A stretch of 36,194 bases of DNA from Cyclobacteriaceae bacterium (GTDB lineage Bacteria; Bacteroidota; Bacteroidia; Cytophagales; Cyclobacteriaceae), in contig JBGPGZ010000001.1 in the NCBI GenBank assembly GCA_041484175.1, positions 1 to 36,194 on the forward strand. The letters are read 5' to 3'. The stretch's first letter is position 1. Each line of letters starts with the position of its first letter. Of this stretch, positions 25,006 through 34,320 are shown one piece after another. The notes below the pieces were generated by a model that ran no database searches, was not told the DNA's origin, and was given only the letters and a program-made list of their open reading frames with translations. A program made the position numbers and the translations under genes.

Positions 25006-25338
25006 ATGATTACATGGGAAGAATTCAATAAAATCGACATGCGGGCGGGAACAGTCGTCAAAGCGGAGCTTTTTCCCGAAGCAAGAAAGCCTTCAATTAA
25101 GCTCTGGATCGATCTTGGACCGGATTTGGGAATCAAAAAATCGAGCGCACAGATCCTCCGTCGTTATCTACCGGAAGATCTGGTGGGGCGTCAAGTTATT
25201 TGTGTCGTCAACTTTCCCCCCAAGCAAATCGCCAATTTTGCGTCCGAAGTTTTAGTTACTGGATTTCCGGATGAGGAACATCAGGTAGTTTTATGTGTCA
25301 TCGATAAAAAAGTGCCGAACGGGGCACGGCTATTTTAA
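25006..25338 (+). CDS. csaA: CsaA-type tRNA-binding/export chaperone
   Basis: [42 protein letters not shown]; start ATG 25006. Confidence 0.9.
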   Translation: MITWEEFNKIDMRAGTVVKAELFPEARKPSIKLWIDLGPDLGIKKSSAQILRRYLPEDLVGRQVICVVNFPPKQIANFASEVLVTGFPDEEHQVVLCVIDKKVPNGARLF

Positions 25339-25341
25339 CCT

Positions 25342-27786
25342 ATGACCAGATTCTCAGAACTGGAATCCATTGCCGGAGGGAAGTTGCTAAAGCTTTATAA
25401 AGACCGGCCGATCGCCGTCGTCTCGGTCGATAGTCGCAAAGTTCTGTTTGCGGATGACAACTTATTTTTTGCAATAGCCGGTGAGCGTCATGATGGTCAT
25501 CAATTCATCCCTGATTTATATCGCTCGGGCATCCGCCAATTCGTGATAGAAAAACAAATTGATCTTGGGTCCTATCCGGAAGGTAATTTTCTGCTGGTCC
25601 ATTCTTCCCTATCCTGTCTCCAGTCGATTGCTGTTCATCACCGAAGGCAATTCTCTATGCCGGTCATTGGGATCATTGGCAGCAACGCAAAGACGATTAT
25701 CAAAGAGTGGCTGTATCAACTGCTTTCATTGGAATACCATATTGTAAAGAACCCCGGGAGCTACAACTCCCAGCTGGGGGTTCCCTTGTCGGTCTTGCAA
25801 ATGCGGGACCATCACAACATGGGAATTTTCGAAGCCGGGATTTCCAAACCCGGTGAGATGCTGAATCTTCAGCGGATCATACGGCCGACACTGGGTCTGG
25901 TAACCAACCTGGGCACGGCCCATGATGAAGGATTTCAAAGCCGGGAGCAAAAAGCAAGGGAGAAGCTAAAACTCTTTACCGAAGCAGAAAGAATTATCTA
26001 TTGTAAAGATCATCGCGATGTTGCGTTGGCTATAGAAAAGCAATTTCCCCATTCGTCACTGAGCTGGGGGCATAGTCCAGCTGCAGCTATACAGATTACA
26101 CTAAGCGCCCCTTATCAGCTTGATATCAAAACGCAAGAAAGTAATTTTTCCATCCGGGTTCCCTTTTCAGATACTGCTTCCGTGGAAAATGCAAGTCATT
26201 GCATAGCCGTGATGTTGCACCTGGGCTACAAACCGGAGGCGATACAGGAGCGAATAGTCCAGCTAAAAACAGTGCCCATGCGGCTCGCGCTGAAAGAGGG
26301 AATCAATCATTGTCAAATCATTGATGATACCTACAACAATGATTTGGCCGGACTTCAGATTAGTCTGAATTTTTTGGCCGGACTAAAGAAAAATAAAAAC
26401 ACACTTATACTGTCAGATATCCTTCAGACGGGGTTGACGGAAGAGGCCTGGGTGAGGAGTATTGCAGAGACTTTGAGTAAAGCAGGCGTCGATCGTTTTA
26501 TCGGAATAGGCCCCGGTCTGACTGCCCATCAACAACTCTTTGAAAATATAGTTCCGTCGCGATTCTTTAGCAAGACGGACCTATTTTTGAAGGAAATCGA
26601 TTGGCAGGATTTTCAAAATGAAGTTGTCCTGGTGAAGGGGGCCAGGCTGTTTCAGTTTGAAAAGATTGTGCAGCATCTTCAAAAGAAAATTCACGGAACG
26701 GTGATGGAAATTGATCTCGGGGCAATTGTCCACAACCTGAACTTCTTTAAATCGCGGTTGAACCCCGGCGTAAAACTGATGGTGATGGTGAAAGCCTTCG
26801 CCTATGGCAGCGGAAGCGAAGAGGTTGCCAGTTTGCTGCAGTATCACGGTGTGGATTATTTAGGCGTTGCATACACGGATGAAGGTGTAGAACTGAGGAA
26901 AAATCACGTACGCTTGCCAATCCTGGTAATGAATCCTTCGGAAGAAAGCTTTGCGACACTTCTGAAAAACGATCTTGAACCGGAGATTTACAGTATCTCC
27001 ATGCTGCGGTCGCTGGCGACATTCTTACATGGCGACGCCTGTAAGATTCATCTCAAGCTGGAGACGGGCATGCACCGACTGGGTCTTGCCAAGGAAGATA
27101 TAAACGCTTGCGTTGCTATCATGAAGGCAAACCCGAATCTCAAAATAACATCTGTCTTTTCTCACCTCGCAGGTGCAGATGAGGGGATGCATGATGAATT
27201 TACACACACACAGGTTAAGCGGTTTTTGACAATGGCAGACTTTATTGAGGAGGAACTGAAGATCAATCCGATTCGCCATATCTTGAATTCTGCCGGCATC
27301 CTCCGATTCCCGGATCTGCAATTGGATATGGTGCGATTGGGCATTGGTCTTTATGGGATCAATCCCACCGATGAAAAAGTGATCCAACTAAGGCCAGCGG
27401 CGACCCTCAAAACGATTATTTCGCAGATCAAAAAGGTAAAACCAGGTGAATCCATTGGGTATGGCCGAAGGGGTAAGGCAATTCAGGAAATGACCATTGC
27501 CACTATTGCCATAGGTTATGCCGACGGATTCAACCGTAGCTTTAGCAATGGTAAAGGCTCGGTTTGGATTCGCGGTATGCTGGCCCCGGTCGTCGGCAAT
27601 GTTTGCATGGATATGACGATGGTTGACATTTCCGGTGTCGAGGCCAGGGAGGGAGACGAAGTAATCCTGTTTGGAAAAGAACTGCCGATCCAGGAAGTTG
27701 CCGCCAGAATTCAAACGATTCCCTACGAGATCCTGACGAGTACCAGTGATCGGGTAAAGCGCTTATTTTATGCGGAATCGATTTAA
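25342..27786 (+). CDS. alr: MurF-like/alanine racemase fusion protein
   Basis: N-terminal DSR...GERHDGH, SYNSQLGVP, EAGIS, VKGAR (MurF-like); C-terminal VKAFAYGSG (PLP lysine), ETGMHRLG, IGYADG, VCMDM, TIPYEILT. Confidence 0.93.
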   Translation: MTRFSELESIAGGKLLKLYKDRPIAVVSVDSRKVLFADDNLFFAIAGERHDGHQFIPDLYRSGIRQFVIEKQIDLGSYPEGNFLLVHSSLSCLQSIAVHHRRQFSMPVIGIIGSNAKTIIKEWLYQLLSLEYHIVKNPGSYNSQLGVPLSVLQMRDHHNMGIFEAGISKPGEMLNLQRIIRPTLGLVTNLGTAHDEGFQSREQKAREKLKLFTEAERIIYCKDHRDVALAIEKQFPHSSLSWGHSPAAAIQITLSAPYQLDIKTQESNFSIRVPFSDTASVENASHCIAVMLHLGYKPEAIQERIVQLKTVPMRLALKEGINHCQIIDDTYNNDLAGLQISLNFLAGLKKNKNTLILSDILQTGLTEEAWVRSIAETLSKAGVDRFIGIGPGLTAHQQLFENIVPSRFFSKTDLFLKEIDWQDFQNEVVLVKGARLFQFEKIVQHLQKKIHGTVMEIDLGAIVHNLNFFKSRLNPGVKLMVMVKAFAYGSGSEEVASLLQYHGVDYLGVAYTDEGVELRKNHVRLPILVMNPSEESFATLLKNDLEPEIYSISMLRSLATFLHGDACKIHLKLETGMHRLGLAKEDINACVAIMKANPNLKITSVFSHLAGADEGMHDEFTHTQVKRFLTMADFIEEELKINPIRHILNSAGILRFPDLQLDMVRLGIGLYGINPTDEKVIQLRPAATLKTIISQIKKVKPGESIGYGRRGKAIQEMTIATIAIGYADGFNRSFSNGKGSVWIRGMLAPVVGNVCMDMTMVDISGVEAREGDEVILFGKELPIQEVAARIQTIPYEILTSTSDRVKRLFYAESI

Positions 27787-27811
27787 GAATTGACCAATGG
27801 ATTTAAGGACA

Positions 27812-27835
27812 GGATGGATGAACTCAAATCCATCC
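27812..27835. terminator. hairpin between convergent alr and the small ORF
   Basis: GGATGGAT-gaactcaa-ATCCATCC, 8-bp perfect stem; no clear U-tract. Confidence 0.4.
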
Positions 27836-27880
27836 GCATCGCTCATAATCCGATATGCCCTTAACGCGAAAGGGTTTCAA

Positions 27881-28024
27881 CTATCCGCACCCCAGATATT
27901 TTTTCAAATCTCTTTTTGGGAGGCCTCCGAAGTCAGCCTGATCCGCGCGTTGGTCTGGCGCATTGGCCACCGGTTGTTTTGGTTCCCCGGCCTTCTTCTT
28001 TTTTTTCCTTTTTTGCTGCTTCAT
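27881..28024 (-). CDS. 47-aa basic small protein ending LGCG (not in ORF track)
   Basis: MKQQKRKKKKKAGEPKQPVANAPDQRADQADFGGLPKRDLKKYLGCG*; TATCTTTG -7 box at 28036-28029. Confidence 0.65.
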   Translation of the reverse strand: MKQQKRKKKKKAGEPKQPVANAPDQRADQADFGGLPKRDLKKYLGCG

Positions 28025-28085
28025 TCGCCAAAGATAACAACGGATCAAATCGTTGCTTGAGAAGACTTTGCCTTATATCTTCGCG

Positions 28086-28108
28086 TTGTTTAAATTTAAT
28101 CTAATTAA
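28086..28108. promoter_or_regulatory. candidate iron-responsive operator upstream of feoAB
   Basis: TTGTTTAAATT-T-AATCTAATTAA, imperfect 11-1-11 palindrome (8 of 11 pairs), between a TATCTTCG -7-like box (28076-28083) and the feoA start. Confidence 0.45.
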
Positions 28109-28111
28109 ACG

Positions 28112-28345
28112 GTGCTAGGGAACGGCAAAAGTGTGGCGGACATGATTCCTGGTGAAACAGCCATAATTGCGGGTTTTTCAGATCCGGAATTGTCTGTAAA
28201 ACTGCTGGAAATGGGCTTTTTGCCTGGCACCGCGATTCGGTTCAATTTCACCGCCCCATTGGGTGATCCTGTTTGCGTCAGTGTTTCAGGGTATGATTTA
28301 TCCCTGCGGATAGCCGAAGCGGCCGTCATCTCAATTTTGAATTAA
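28112..28345 (+). CDS. feoA: ferrous iron transport protein A
   Basis: KLLEMGFLPG, APLGDP, LSLRIAEA; stop overlaps the feoB ATG (TAATG). Confidence 0.92.
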   Translation: MLGNGKSVADMIPGETAIIAGFSDPELSVKLLEMGFLPGTAIRFNFTAPLGDPVCVSVSGYDLSLRIAEAAVISILN

Positions 28346-30459
28346 TGAGCAGTGTCAGACGGATGAAGATTGCGTTGGCTGGAAAACCCAATTCCGGCAA
28401 ATCCTCCCTTTTTAATCGGCTTACCGGCTTAAAGCAAAAAGTCGGCAATTTTCCGGGCGTGACGGTAGACAAGCGAACCGGCCTTTGTCAGCTTAATGGT
28501 CATCCGGAATCTGAGATCATTGACCTTCCCGGAACATACAGTCTTTATCCGCGGTCGCTGGATGAAAGAATTGTAGCGGAGATTTTTGCCAATCCTCACC
28601 ACCGTGAATATCCGGATAAGGTAGTTCTGATTGCCGATGCCACCAACCTGAAAAGCTGCCTGCTGCTGCTTACCCAGTTAATTGACATTCATATACCAAC
28701 GGTCCTGGCATTGAATATGGTTGACCTGGCAGCTAAATCTGGGTTAAGCATCGATGTAAAGAAACTGTCGGCTGCTTTAGAAGTACCTGTCGTGCTGATC
28801 AATGCAAGGCAAGGCTATGGTCTTGATGTCTTAAAAAAATTGCTGGCCGAGCCGCTTCAGCCTTCCTCAAAGAAAATATTTTCCATCGCTCCTGAAATTC
28901 AACCGGCAGTGAGTTTTATCCGCAAGGAATTCCTCCTGACTTCGGACTATGCAGCCTATCAATATCTTCAGCAAACCAACTACTTGAATTTTCTGACGCG
29001 CCAGCAAAAAGAATCCATTCAGGAAGTCGCCCGGCAGTATGGAATTTTTCCGGGAAAATACCAGGGGGCAGAGACAATAAACCGGTACGGATTTATTCAG
29101 GATATCCTCAACAAGGTAATTCTCCGGCTGCCTGATCCGGAGTGGAAAAAGTTTTCCTACCGGCTGGATAGCATCTTTACCCATAAGATAGGAGGGTATC
29201 TTATTTTCTTTGGAGTGCTGTTTCTCATCTTCCAATCCATTTTTGCCTGGGCGCTGATCCCGATGGATTTCATCGATCGCTCATTCGCTTACTTGAGTAC
29301 ATATTTAACCAACACGCTCCCGGAAGGGCCACTCTTTGAGTTAATTGCAAAGGGAATTGTTCCCGGAATTGGCGGCATTGCCATCTTTGTTCCGCAAATC
29401 GCAATGCTGTTTGCTTTTATTTCTATTCTGGAAGAAACGGGCTACATGGCCCGGGTGGTCTTTCTGATGGATAAGATCATGAGCAAGGTGGGGCTTAATG
29501 GGAAAAGTGTTGTCCCCCTGATGTCTGGCTGGGCGTGTGCAATTCCCGCCATCATGGCCACCCGTACGATTGACAATTGGAAAGACCGACTCATTACAAT
29601 TTTTGTGACCCCGTTTATGAGTTGCTCTGCCCGCTTACCGGTTTTTACCATTTTAGTGGCGCTGATTGTACCGGACAACAAACTGTTTGGCTTTTTTAAT
29701 TTGCAAGGCCTTGCCTTGATGGGTTTGTATTTATTGGGATTCCTGGCCGCGATTCTGTCTGCCTTGGTTATGAAGTTTCTCATTCATACCAAGGAACGCA
29801 GCTATTTAATAATGGAGATGCCGACCTACCGGATGCCAAAATGGTCCAATGTTGGCTATACGATTGTAGAAAAAACAAAAACCTTTGTTTTCGAAGCCGG
29901 CAAAGTTATTCTGGCTATTTCCATTATACTATGGGTACTGGCGAGCTACGGTCCGGTGCAGGATATGAACGGCGCCAAAGAGACTGTACAAAACGATACG
30001 CGCAATTTGGGGCTTACAAAACAAGCCTTTGAAGACAAGGTAGCTGCCTATAAGCTTGAACACTCTTACGCGGGCATCATTGGTAAAACCATGGAACCGG
30101 CCATTCGCCCTTTGGGTTACGATTGGAAAATTGGCATCGCCCTGATCACCTCGTTTGCTGCGCGGGAGGTATTTGTAGGCACCATTGCAACCATTTATAG
30201 CCTGGGTAGCACCGAGGACCAGCCAACGATTAAAAACCGGCTTAAATCCGAGATAAACCCAGAAACCGGTGGTCCCCGATTTACGCCCGCCGTCGGATTT
30301 TCGCTGCTGGTATTTTATACCCTTGCCATGCAATGCGCCAGCACTTTGGCGATCGTGAAGCGGGAAACCAAAGGATGGAAATGGCCGCTGCTCCAGCTGG
30401 GGTACATGACCGGGCTAGCCTATTTGTCTGCCTTTATTGTCTATCAGGTCTTCTCTTGA
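28345..30459 (+). CDS. feoB: ferrous iron transport protein B
   Basis: GKPNSGKSSLFN, VGNFPGVTVD, DLPGTYSL, NMVD, LEETGYMAR, PFMSCSARLP, FAAREVFV. Confidence 0.96.
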   Translation: MSSVRRMKIALAGKPNSGKSSLFNRLTGLKQKVGNFPGVTVDKRTGLCQLNGHPESEIIDLPGTYSLYPRSLDERIVAEIFANPHHREYPDKVVLIADATNLKSCLLLLTQLIDIHIPTVLALNMVDLAAKSGLSIDVKKLSAALEVPVVLINARQGYGLDVLKKLLAEPLQPSSKKIFSIAPEIQPAVSFIRKEFLLTSDYAAYQYLQQTNYLNFLTRQQKESIQEVARQYGIFPGKYQGAETINRYGFIQDILNKVILRLPDPEWKKFSYRLDSIFTHKIGGYLIFFGVLFLIFQSIFAWALIPMDFIDRSFAYLSTYLTNTLPEGPLFELIAKGIVPGIGGIAIFVPQIAMLFAFISILEETGYMARVVFLMDKIMSKVGLNGKSVVPLMSGWACAIPAIMATRTIDNWKDRLITIFVTPFMSCSARLPVFTILVALIVPDNKLFGFFNLQGLALMGLYLLGFLAAILSALVMKFLIHTKERSYLIMEMPTYRMPKWSNVGYTIVEKTKTFVFEAGKVILAISIILWVLASYGPVQDMNGAKETVQNDTRNLGLTKQAFEDKVAAYKLEHSYAGIIGKTMEPAIRPLGYDWKIGIALITSFAAREVFVGTIATIYSLGSTEDQPTIKNRLKSEINPETGGPRFTPAVGFSLLVFYTLAMQCASTLAIVKRETKGWKWPLLQLGYMTGLAYLSAFIVYQVFS

Positions 30460-30515
30460 CATGCCCGTCCTTGCAGTTTTCGAATTCTGTCTATATTTAA
30501 GGAATTGAGTTTTGA

Positions 30516-30899
30516 ATGAGCGCAAATAAAAACTATCAACTCGGGCTACTGTACCTCACCCATCTATTAATCAATGCCGATGGCACCATCGATGAAAAGG
30601 AACGCAACGCATTGGCAAAAGTGAAAAATGACGAGCAAATCGCGGACTCGTTGTTCCTCCAATTTCAAAACGATATTGGCCGGCGAACTGAACGAGAAAT
30701 TTATCAGCAGGGAATCGAACTGATCAACGAGTGCAACGACGAAGAAAAACTCACGGCCTTCGCGCATCTCTATAAGATTTCAGAATCAGATGGTCATATG
30801 CACATAAAGGAGGTAAGACTCATGTTGTATTCAATCAGGCAAGCCAAGATCGAATTTGACGACGTCATAAAACGGGCGAAACAATTGAAGTCTAGCTAA
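30516..30899 (+). CDS. TerB-family protein
   Basis: Paired ADGTIDEKE and SDGHMHIKE motifs in a small helical protein. Confidence 0.75.
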   Translation: MSANKNYQLGLLYLTHLLINADGTIDEKERNALAKVKNDEQIADSLFLQFQNDIGRRTEREIYQQGIELINECNDEEKLTAFAHLYKISESDGHMHIKEVRLMLYSIRQAKIEFDDVIKRAKQLKSS

Positions 30900-30905
30900 T
30901 CTTCC

Positions 30906-31189
30906 GTGAGGGCACTTGCCATCATAACTTTAGCCCTTCTTCTGCCGGGGGGCTGTTTGGAGAGGAAACGCGTCAATCAATTCAACCATCCGGTCTTTTT
31001 GAAAATAGCAGACTATCAAGACAGGCGACTATCTGAAAATCTGGAACGCAGTGGTTTGTCACCCATTCACCAACTCCGCATTTGGACGGACATTACACTA
31101 TTTTAGCGGAGGTGGAAAAAGGGATGGACGTGATTCAACGACTGGAGGTCGGTGACCGCATCATCGCGATGAACCGTATGAAGAATTGA
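30906..31189 (+). pseudogene. internally deleted cyclophilin-type peptidyl-prolyl isomerase lipoprotein remnant
   Basis: N-terminal frame: lipoprotein signal (LPGG-C) and KIADYQDRR. A different frame from 31043 reads GTQWFVTHSPTPHLDGHYTILAEVEKGMDVIQRLEVGDRI...* (a cyclophilin C-terminus), with an in-frame TGA at 31034 and no start codon. Confidence 0.78.
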
Positions 31190-31232
31190 TTCGAATAACG
31201 ACTTTGCAGGAACCATTGTTCGTGGATTTACG

Positions 31233-32372
31233 ATGACAGATTCATTTTATCAGAATTTGAAAGTTGGGATTTTGGGTGGAGGACAACTCGGCCGCATGCT
31301 TATTCAATCGGGCATTGATTTGAATATCGATTTTTCGGTGTTGGATCCGGACGACTTTGCGCCTTGTCGCTCGCTGGCGGCGTTTACTGTAGGAAGCCTC
31401 ACCGACCACAACACCGTACTTCAATTTGGACAGGATTGTGATCTGGTCACCATTGAAATAGAGAATGTGAATATAAGTGCGCTGAAGGAACTCGCTGCCG
31501 GAGGCAAGAGGGTATTCCCGCAACCTGAAATTATAGAACTTATCCAGGACAAACGAACGCAAAAACAGTTTTATAAAAGCCACGGCATACCTACGGCGCC
31601 GTTCATCGTAACCGAAAACAGATCAGACGTTATCGCCAATAAGACCTTTTTACCGGCTGTTCATAAACTTGGCCGCGAGGGGTATGATGGAAGAGGGGTA
31701 CAAATACTGGAAACTGAAAATGACCTGCCAAAGGCATTTGACGCCCCGGGTTTTCTCGAGGCGCTGATCGAATTCGACAAGGAAATCTCCGTCATCGTGG
31801 CGCGCAATGAACGGGGAGAAATAGAGTCTTATCCGGCCGTGGAAATGGTATTTCACCGGCAGGCCAACCTGGTTGAGTATTTGTTTTCTCCGGCCCAGAT
31901 CAGCGAAGAGCTTGCAAAAAAGGCGGATGGCATCGCCCGGTCGGTGATTGGCAACCTGAAAATGGTCGGGTTACTTGCCGTGGAGATGTTTGTGACCAAG
32001 CGCGGGGAATTGCTGGTCAACGAGATTGCCCCCCGGCCCCACAACAGTGGCCATCAGACGATTGAAGCAAATGTGACTTCCCAGTATGAGCAACATCTTC
32101 GCGCTATTTTAAATCTGCCCTTGGGTGATACGTCGATTATCCAACCCAGCGCGATGATCAATTTGTTGGGTGCCGAAGGATACAGCGGGTTGGCACGTTA
32201 TCATGGATTGGACAGAATCCTTCAGGTTCCTGGCGTGCACGTTCATTTATATGGAAAAAAGCTCACCAAGCCATTCCGCAAGATGGGCCATGTAACTATT
32301 GTCGATGCCGATGTGGATAGTTTAAAGAAGAAAGCCAAATTTGTAAAGGATAACATTAGTATAATAGCATGA
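31233..32372 (+). CDS. purK: N5-carboxyaminoimidazole ribonucleotide synthase
   Basis: GILGGGQLGRM, TIEIENV, GYDGRGV, NEIAPRPHNSGH, RKMGHVT. Confidence 0.96.
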   Translation: MTDSFYQNLKVGILGGGQLGRMLIQSGIDLNIDFSVLDPDDFAPCRSLAAFTVGSLTDHNTVLQFGQDCDLVTIEIENVNISALKELAAGGKRVFPQPEIIELIQDKRTQKQFYKSHGIPTAPFIVTENRSDVIANKTFLPAVHKLGREGYDGRGVQILETENDLPKAFDAPGFLEALIEFDKEISVIVARNERGEIESYPAVEMVFHRQANLVEYLFSPAQISEELAKKADGIARSVIGNLKMVGLLAVEMFVTKRGELLVNEIAPRPHNSGHQTIEANVTSQYEQHLRAILNLPLGDTSIIQPSAMINLLGAEGYSGLARYHGLDRILQVPGVHVHLYGKKLTKPFRKMGHVTIVDADVDSLKKKAKFVKDNISIIA

Positions 32373-32881
32373 GCAAACCGGTAGTAGGCATTATTATGGG
32401 CAGCCAGTCGGATCTAAAAGTGATGAAAGAAGCAGCGGCGTTCCTTGATGAATTGAAAATACCCTTTGAACTTACCATTGTGTCGGCACATCGAACACCA
32501 AAGCGAATGGTTGAATATGCCTCTTCGGCCCGGAATCGCGGATTGAAGGTAATCGTTGCGGGTGCGGGGGGGGCCGCCCATTTACCGGGGATGGTGGCAT
32601 CACTTACTTCCTTACCGGTGATTGGGGTGCCCATCAAATCCTCCAACTCGATGGATGGATGGGATTCGGTCTTGTCAATTTTGCAAATGCCCAACGGCGT
32701 TCCCGTGGCAACAGTCGCCCTGGATGCGGCTCAAAACGCGGGTATATTGGCGGCCCAAATCATTGGCGTAGACAATGCCGCTATTGCCAAAAGACTGGAC
32801 GTCTTCAAAAACGGGTTAAGGGAGAAAGTTGAGGAAGGCGCTAAAACTGTCGAAAAAAAAGGCTGGCGGTCAGGGAACTGA
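32369..32881 (+). CDS. purE: N5-carboxyaminoimidazole ribonucleotide mutase
   Basis: IIMGSQSD, VSAHRTP, AGAGGAAHLPGM, QMPNGVPVATV; ATGA overlap with purK. Confidence 0.96.
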   Translation: MSKPVVGIIMGSQSDLKVMKEAAAFLDELKIPFELTIVSAHRTPKRMVEYASSARNRGLKVIVAGAGGAAHLPGMVASLTSLPVIGVPIKSSNSMDGWDSVLSILQMPNGVPVATVALDAAQNAGILAAQIIGVDNAAIAKRLDVFKNGLREKVEEGAKTVEKKGWRSGN

Positions 32882-32990
32882 TTTTTGTCATCGTGTGCAT
32901 TGAATCAACCGTCAAAAAATGTAACTTCTGCGCCAAAATCAAAACCCAGGTAAAGCCTTGAAAAAGTCTGCGGACAGGCTATTTTAATTT

Positions 32991-34316
32991 ATGGTATCAT
33001 TGGAACCATCTTCAAAAAATGTGTCTTCCGGGGAGATTCATCCGCACATGAAGCCGGGGGAGAAAGGCTGGCTAAAAGAATACCTCGAATTTCGCAGGGA
33101 AATGCTCAAAGGCCTTACCACCGAAGATCACAAAGCCGCTCATCCGGAACATTCCTTGTATCGGGTAATTCAACCGACCGGTCTGATGTATGGACAATCG
33201 GTGGAGGCCATTCCACATCCGGATTCAAAGCTATGGAATGAAAAAGAACGGATGAAAATCCTGCTGGCAGAGAGTTTGATCAGCAGTTCCCTTCTGTTTC
33301 ATGATAAGCCCATCAAGAACGCCGAAGAGTTCTCGGCGATTATCCTCAAGACGTTAGAGAATATTGGCAACTTCTACAACAGTATCTTTCCGGAACTTGC
33401 CACTTCCACGAAGACCTTGTTTGGACGGAAGAAATCCCCGCTCGAACTGGCCGAGAGAATTCTCGACAAGCGAATTGAGCACGCCGCTGAATACAGTACG
33501 AATTTCTGGACCCAATTTTTTCATAACAGCCTTCTTTTCCTGGATATTTTCATTTTTGGTCAATGGATCCATACCAACGCCGACCGGATCGTATCCGATT
33601 TTTTTAAGTATGAAAGAGACGAACTTCGTTTTTCAGTCGTCAAGATCATTGCGGCAGCGGCCCACGCCAACACCATGATTGAATTTGAAGAGCGCAAGCT
33701 CCTGGAATATTTTCTAAACAGCTCCGGATTATCGACCGAAAACAAAAAGGAGGCATTTGCCATTTTTGAAAGAGGAATTGAAATTGAAGCGATCAATCTT
33801 CCTACCAACAATTCCTGGATACTGAAGAAATATTTTCTGGAAATGGCCATCCTCACGATCTGGGCGGACAAAAGAGTGGAGGAAGCGGAGACGACATTTC
33901 TAAAGCGACTCTGTGAGTACATGGGCTTTACCGAGGAGGATTTGGAAAACAGCATCATGGCCATTGAAGGATTTGTCCTGGAGCATTGGGAGCAACTCGA
34001 CACCCTTCAGAACAAAAAAGACTACAAGCAAGTATGCGAGCAATTTATTGGAAGGATGTCCAGGATTATTGAACGAAACAAGAACCAGTTGATCCGCAGG
34101 GTGAAGGAGGGTGAGGACTTGATGGAGTTGTTAAACAAGGCCAGGTCTAATGAACTTTCAGAGTTAGAGAAAGATCACCTGCAGGAAATGCTGATTTTTG
34201 TGCTGAAGACCATCCCGACACTGGTGATCATCTCATTGCCGCAGCATTTTCTTACGTTGCCCATCTTAATGAAAATCCTGCCTGAAAATTTCTTTGCCGA
34301 ATGTCTTAGCAATTAG
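32991..34316 (+). CDS. TerB-domain / LETM1-related protein
   Basis: MKPGEKGWL (alternative start 33048), central AAAHAN...EERKLL and WADKRVEEAETTFL TerB-like motifs, C-terminal KTIPTLVIISLP...LPILMKILP like Bacteroidota LETM1-related proteins (from recall). Confidence 0.65.
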   Translation: MVSLEPSSKNVSSGEIHPHMKPGEKGWLKEYLEFRREMLKGLTTEDHKAAHPEHSLYRVIQPTGLMYGQSVEAIPHPDSKLWNEKERMKILLAESLISSSLLFHDKPIKNAEEFSAIILKTLENIGNFYNSIFPELATSTKTLFGRKKSPLELAERILDKRIEHAAEYSTNFWTQFFHNSLLFLDIFIFGQWIHTNADRIVSDFFKYERDELRFSVVKIIAAAAHANTMIEFEERKLLEYFLNSSGLSTENKKEAFAIFERGIEIEAINLPTNNSWILKKYFLEMAILTIWADKRVEEAETTFLKRLCEYMGFTEEDLENSIMAIEGFVLEHWEQLDTLQNKKDYKQVCEQFIGRMSRIIERNKNQLIRRVKEGEDLMELLNKARSNELSELEKDHLQEMLIFVLKTIPTLVIISLPQHFLTLPILMKILPENFFAECLSN

Positions 34317-34320
34317 AAAG

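Noticed and set aside
25342-27786. MurF-Alr fusion as a novelty
   Set aside because: The fusion is well known in Bacteroidota; only the altered P-loop is flagged.
27797-28104. Plus-strand ORFs 27797-28060 and 27916-28104
   Set aside because: No recognisable motifs; their Phe/Leu/Ser runs are the antisense shadow of the poly-Lys small ORF, which has a promoter box.
32965-32980. Possible terminator after purE (AGTCTG-cgga-CAGGCT)
   Set aside because: Short stem with a G-U pair, an interrupted U-tract and 80 nt from the stop; insufficient support.
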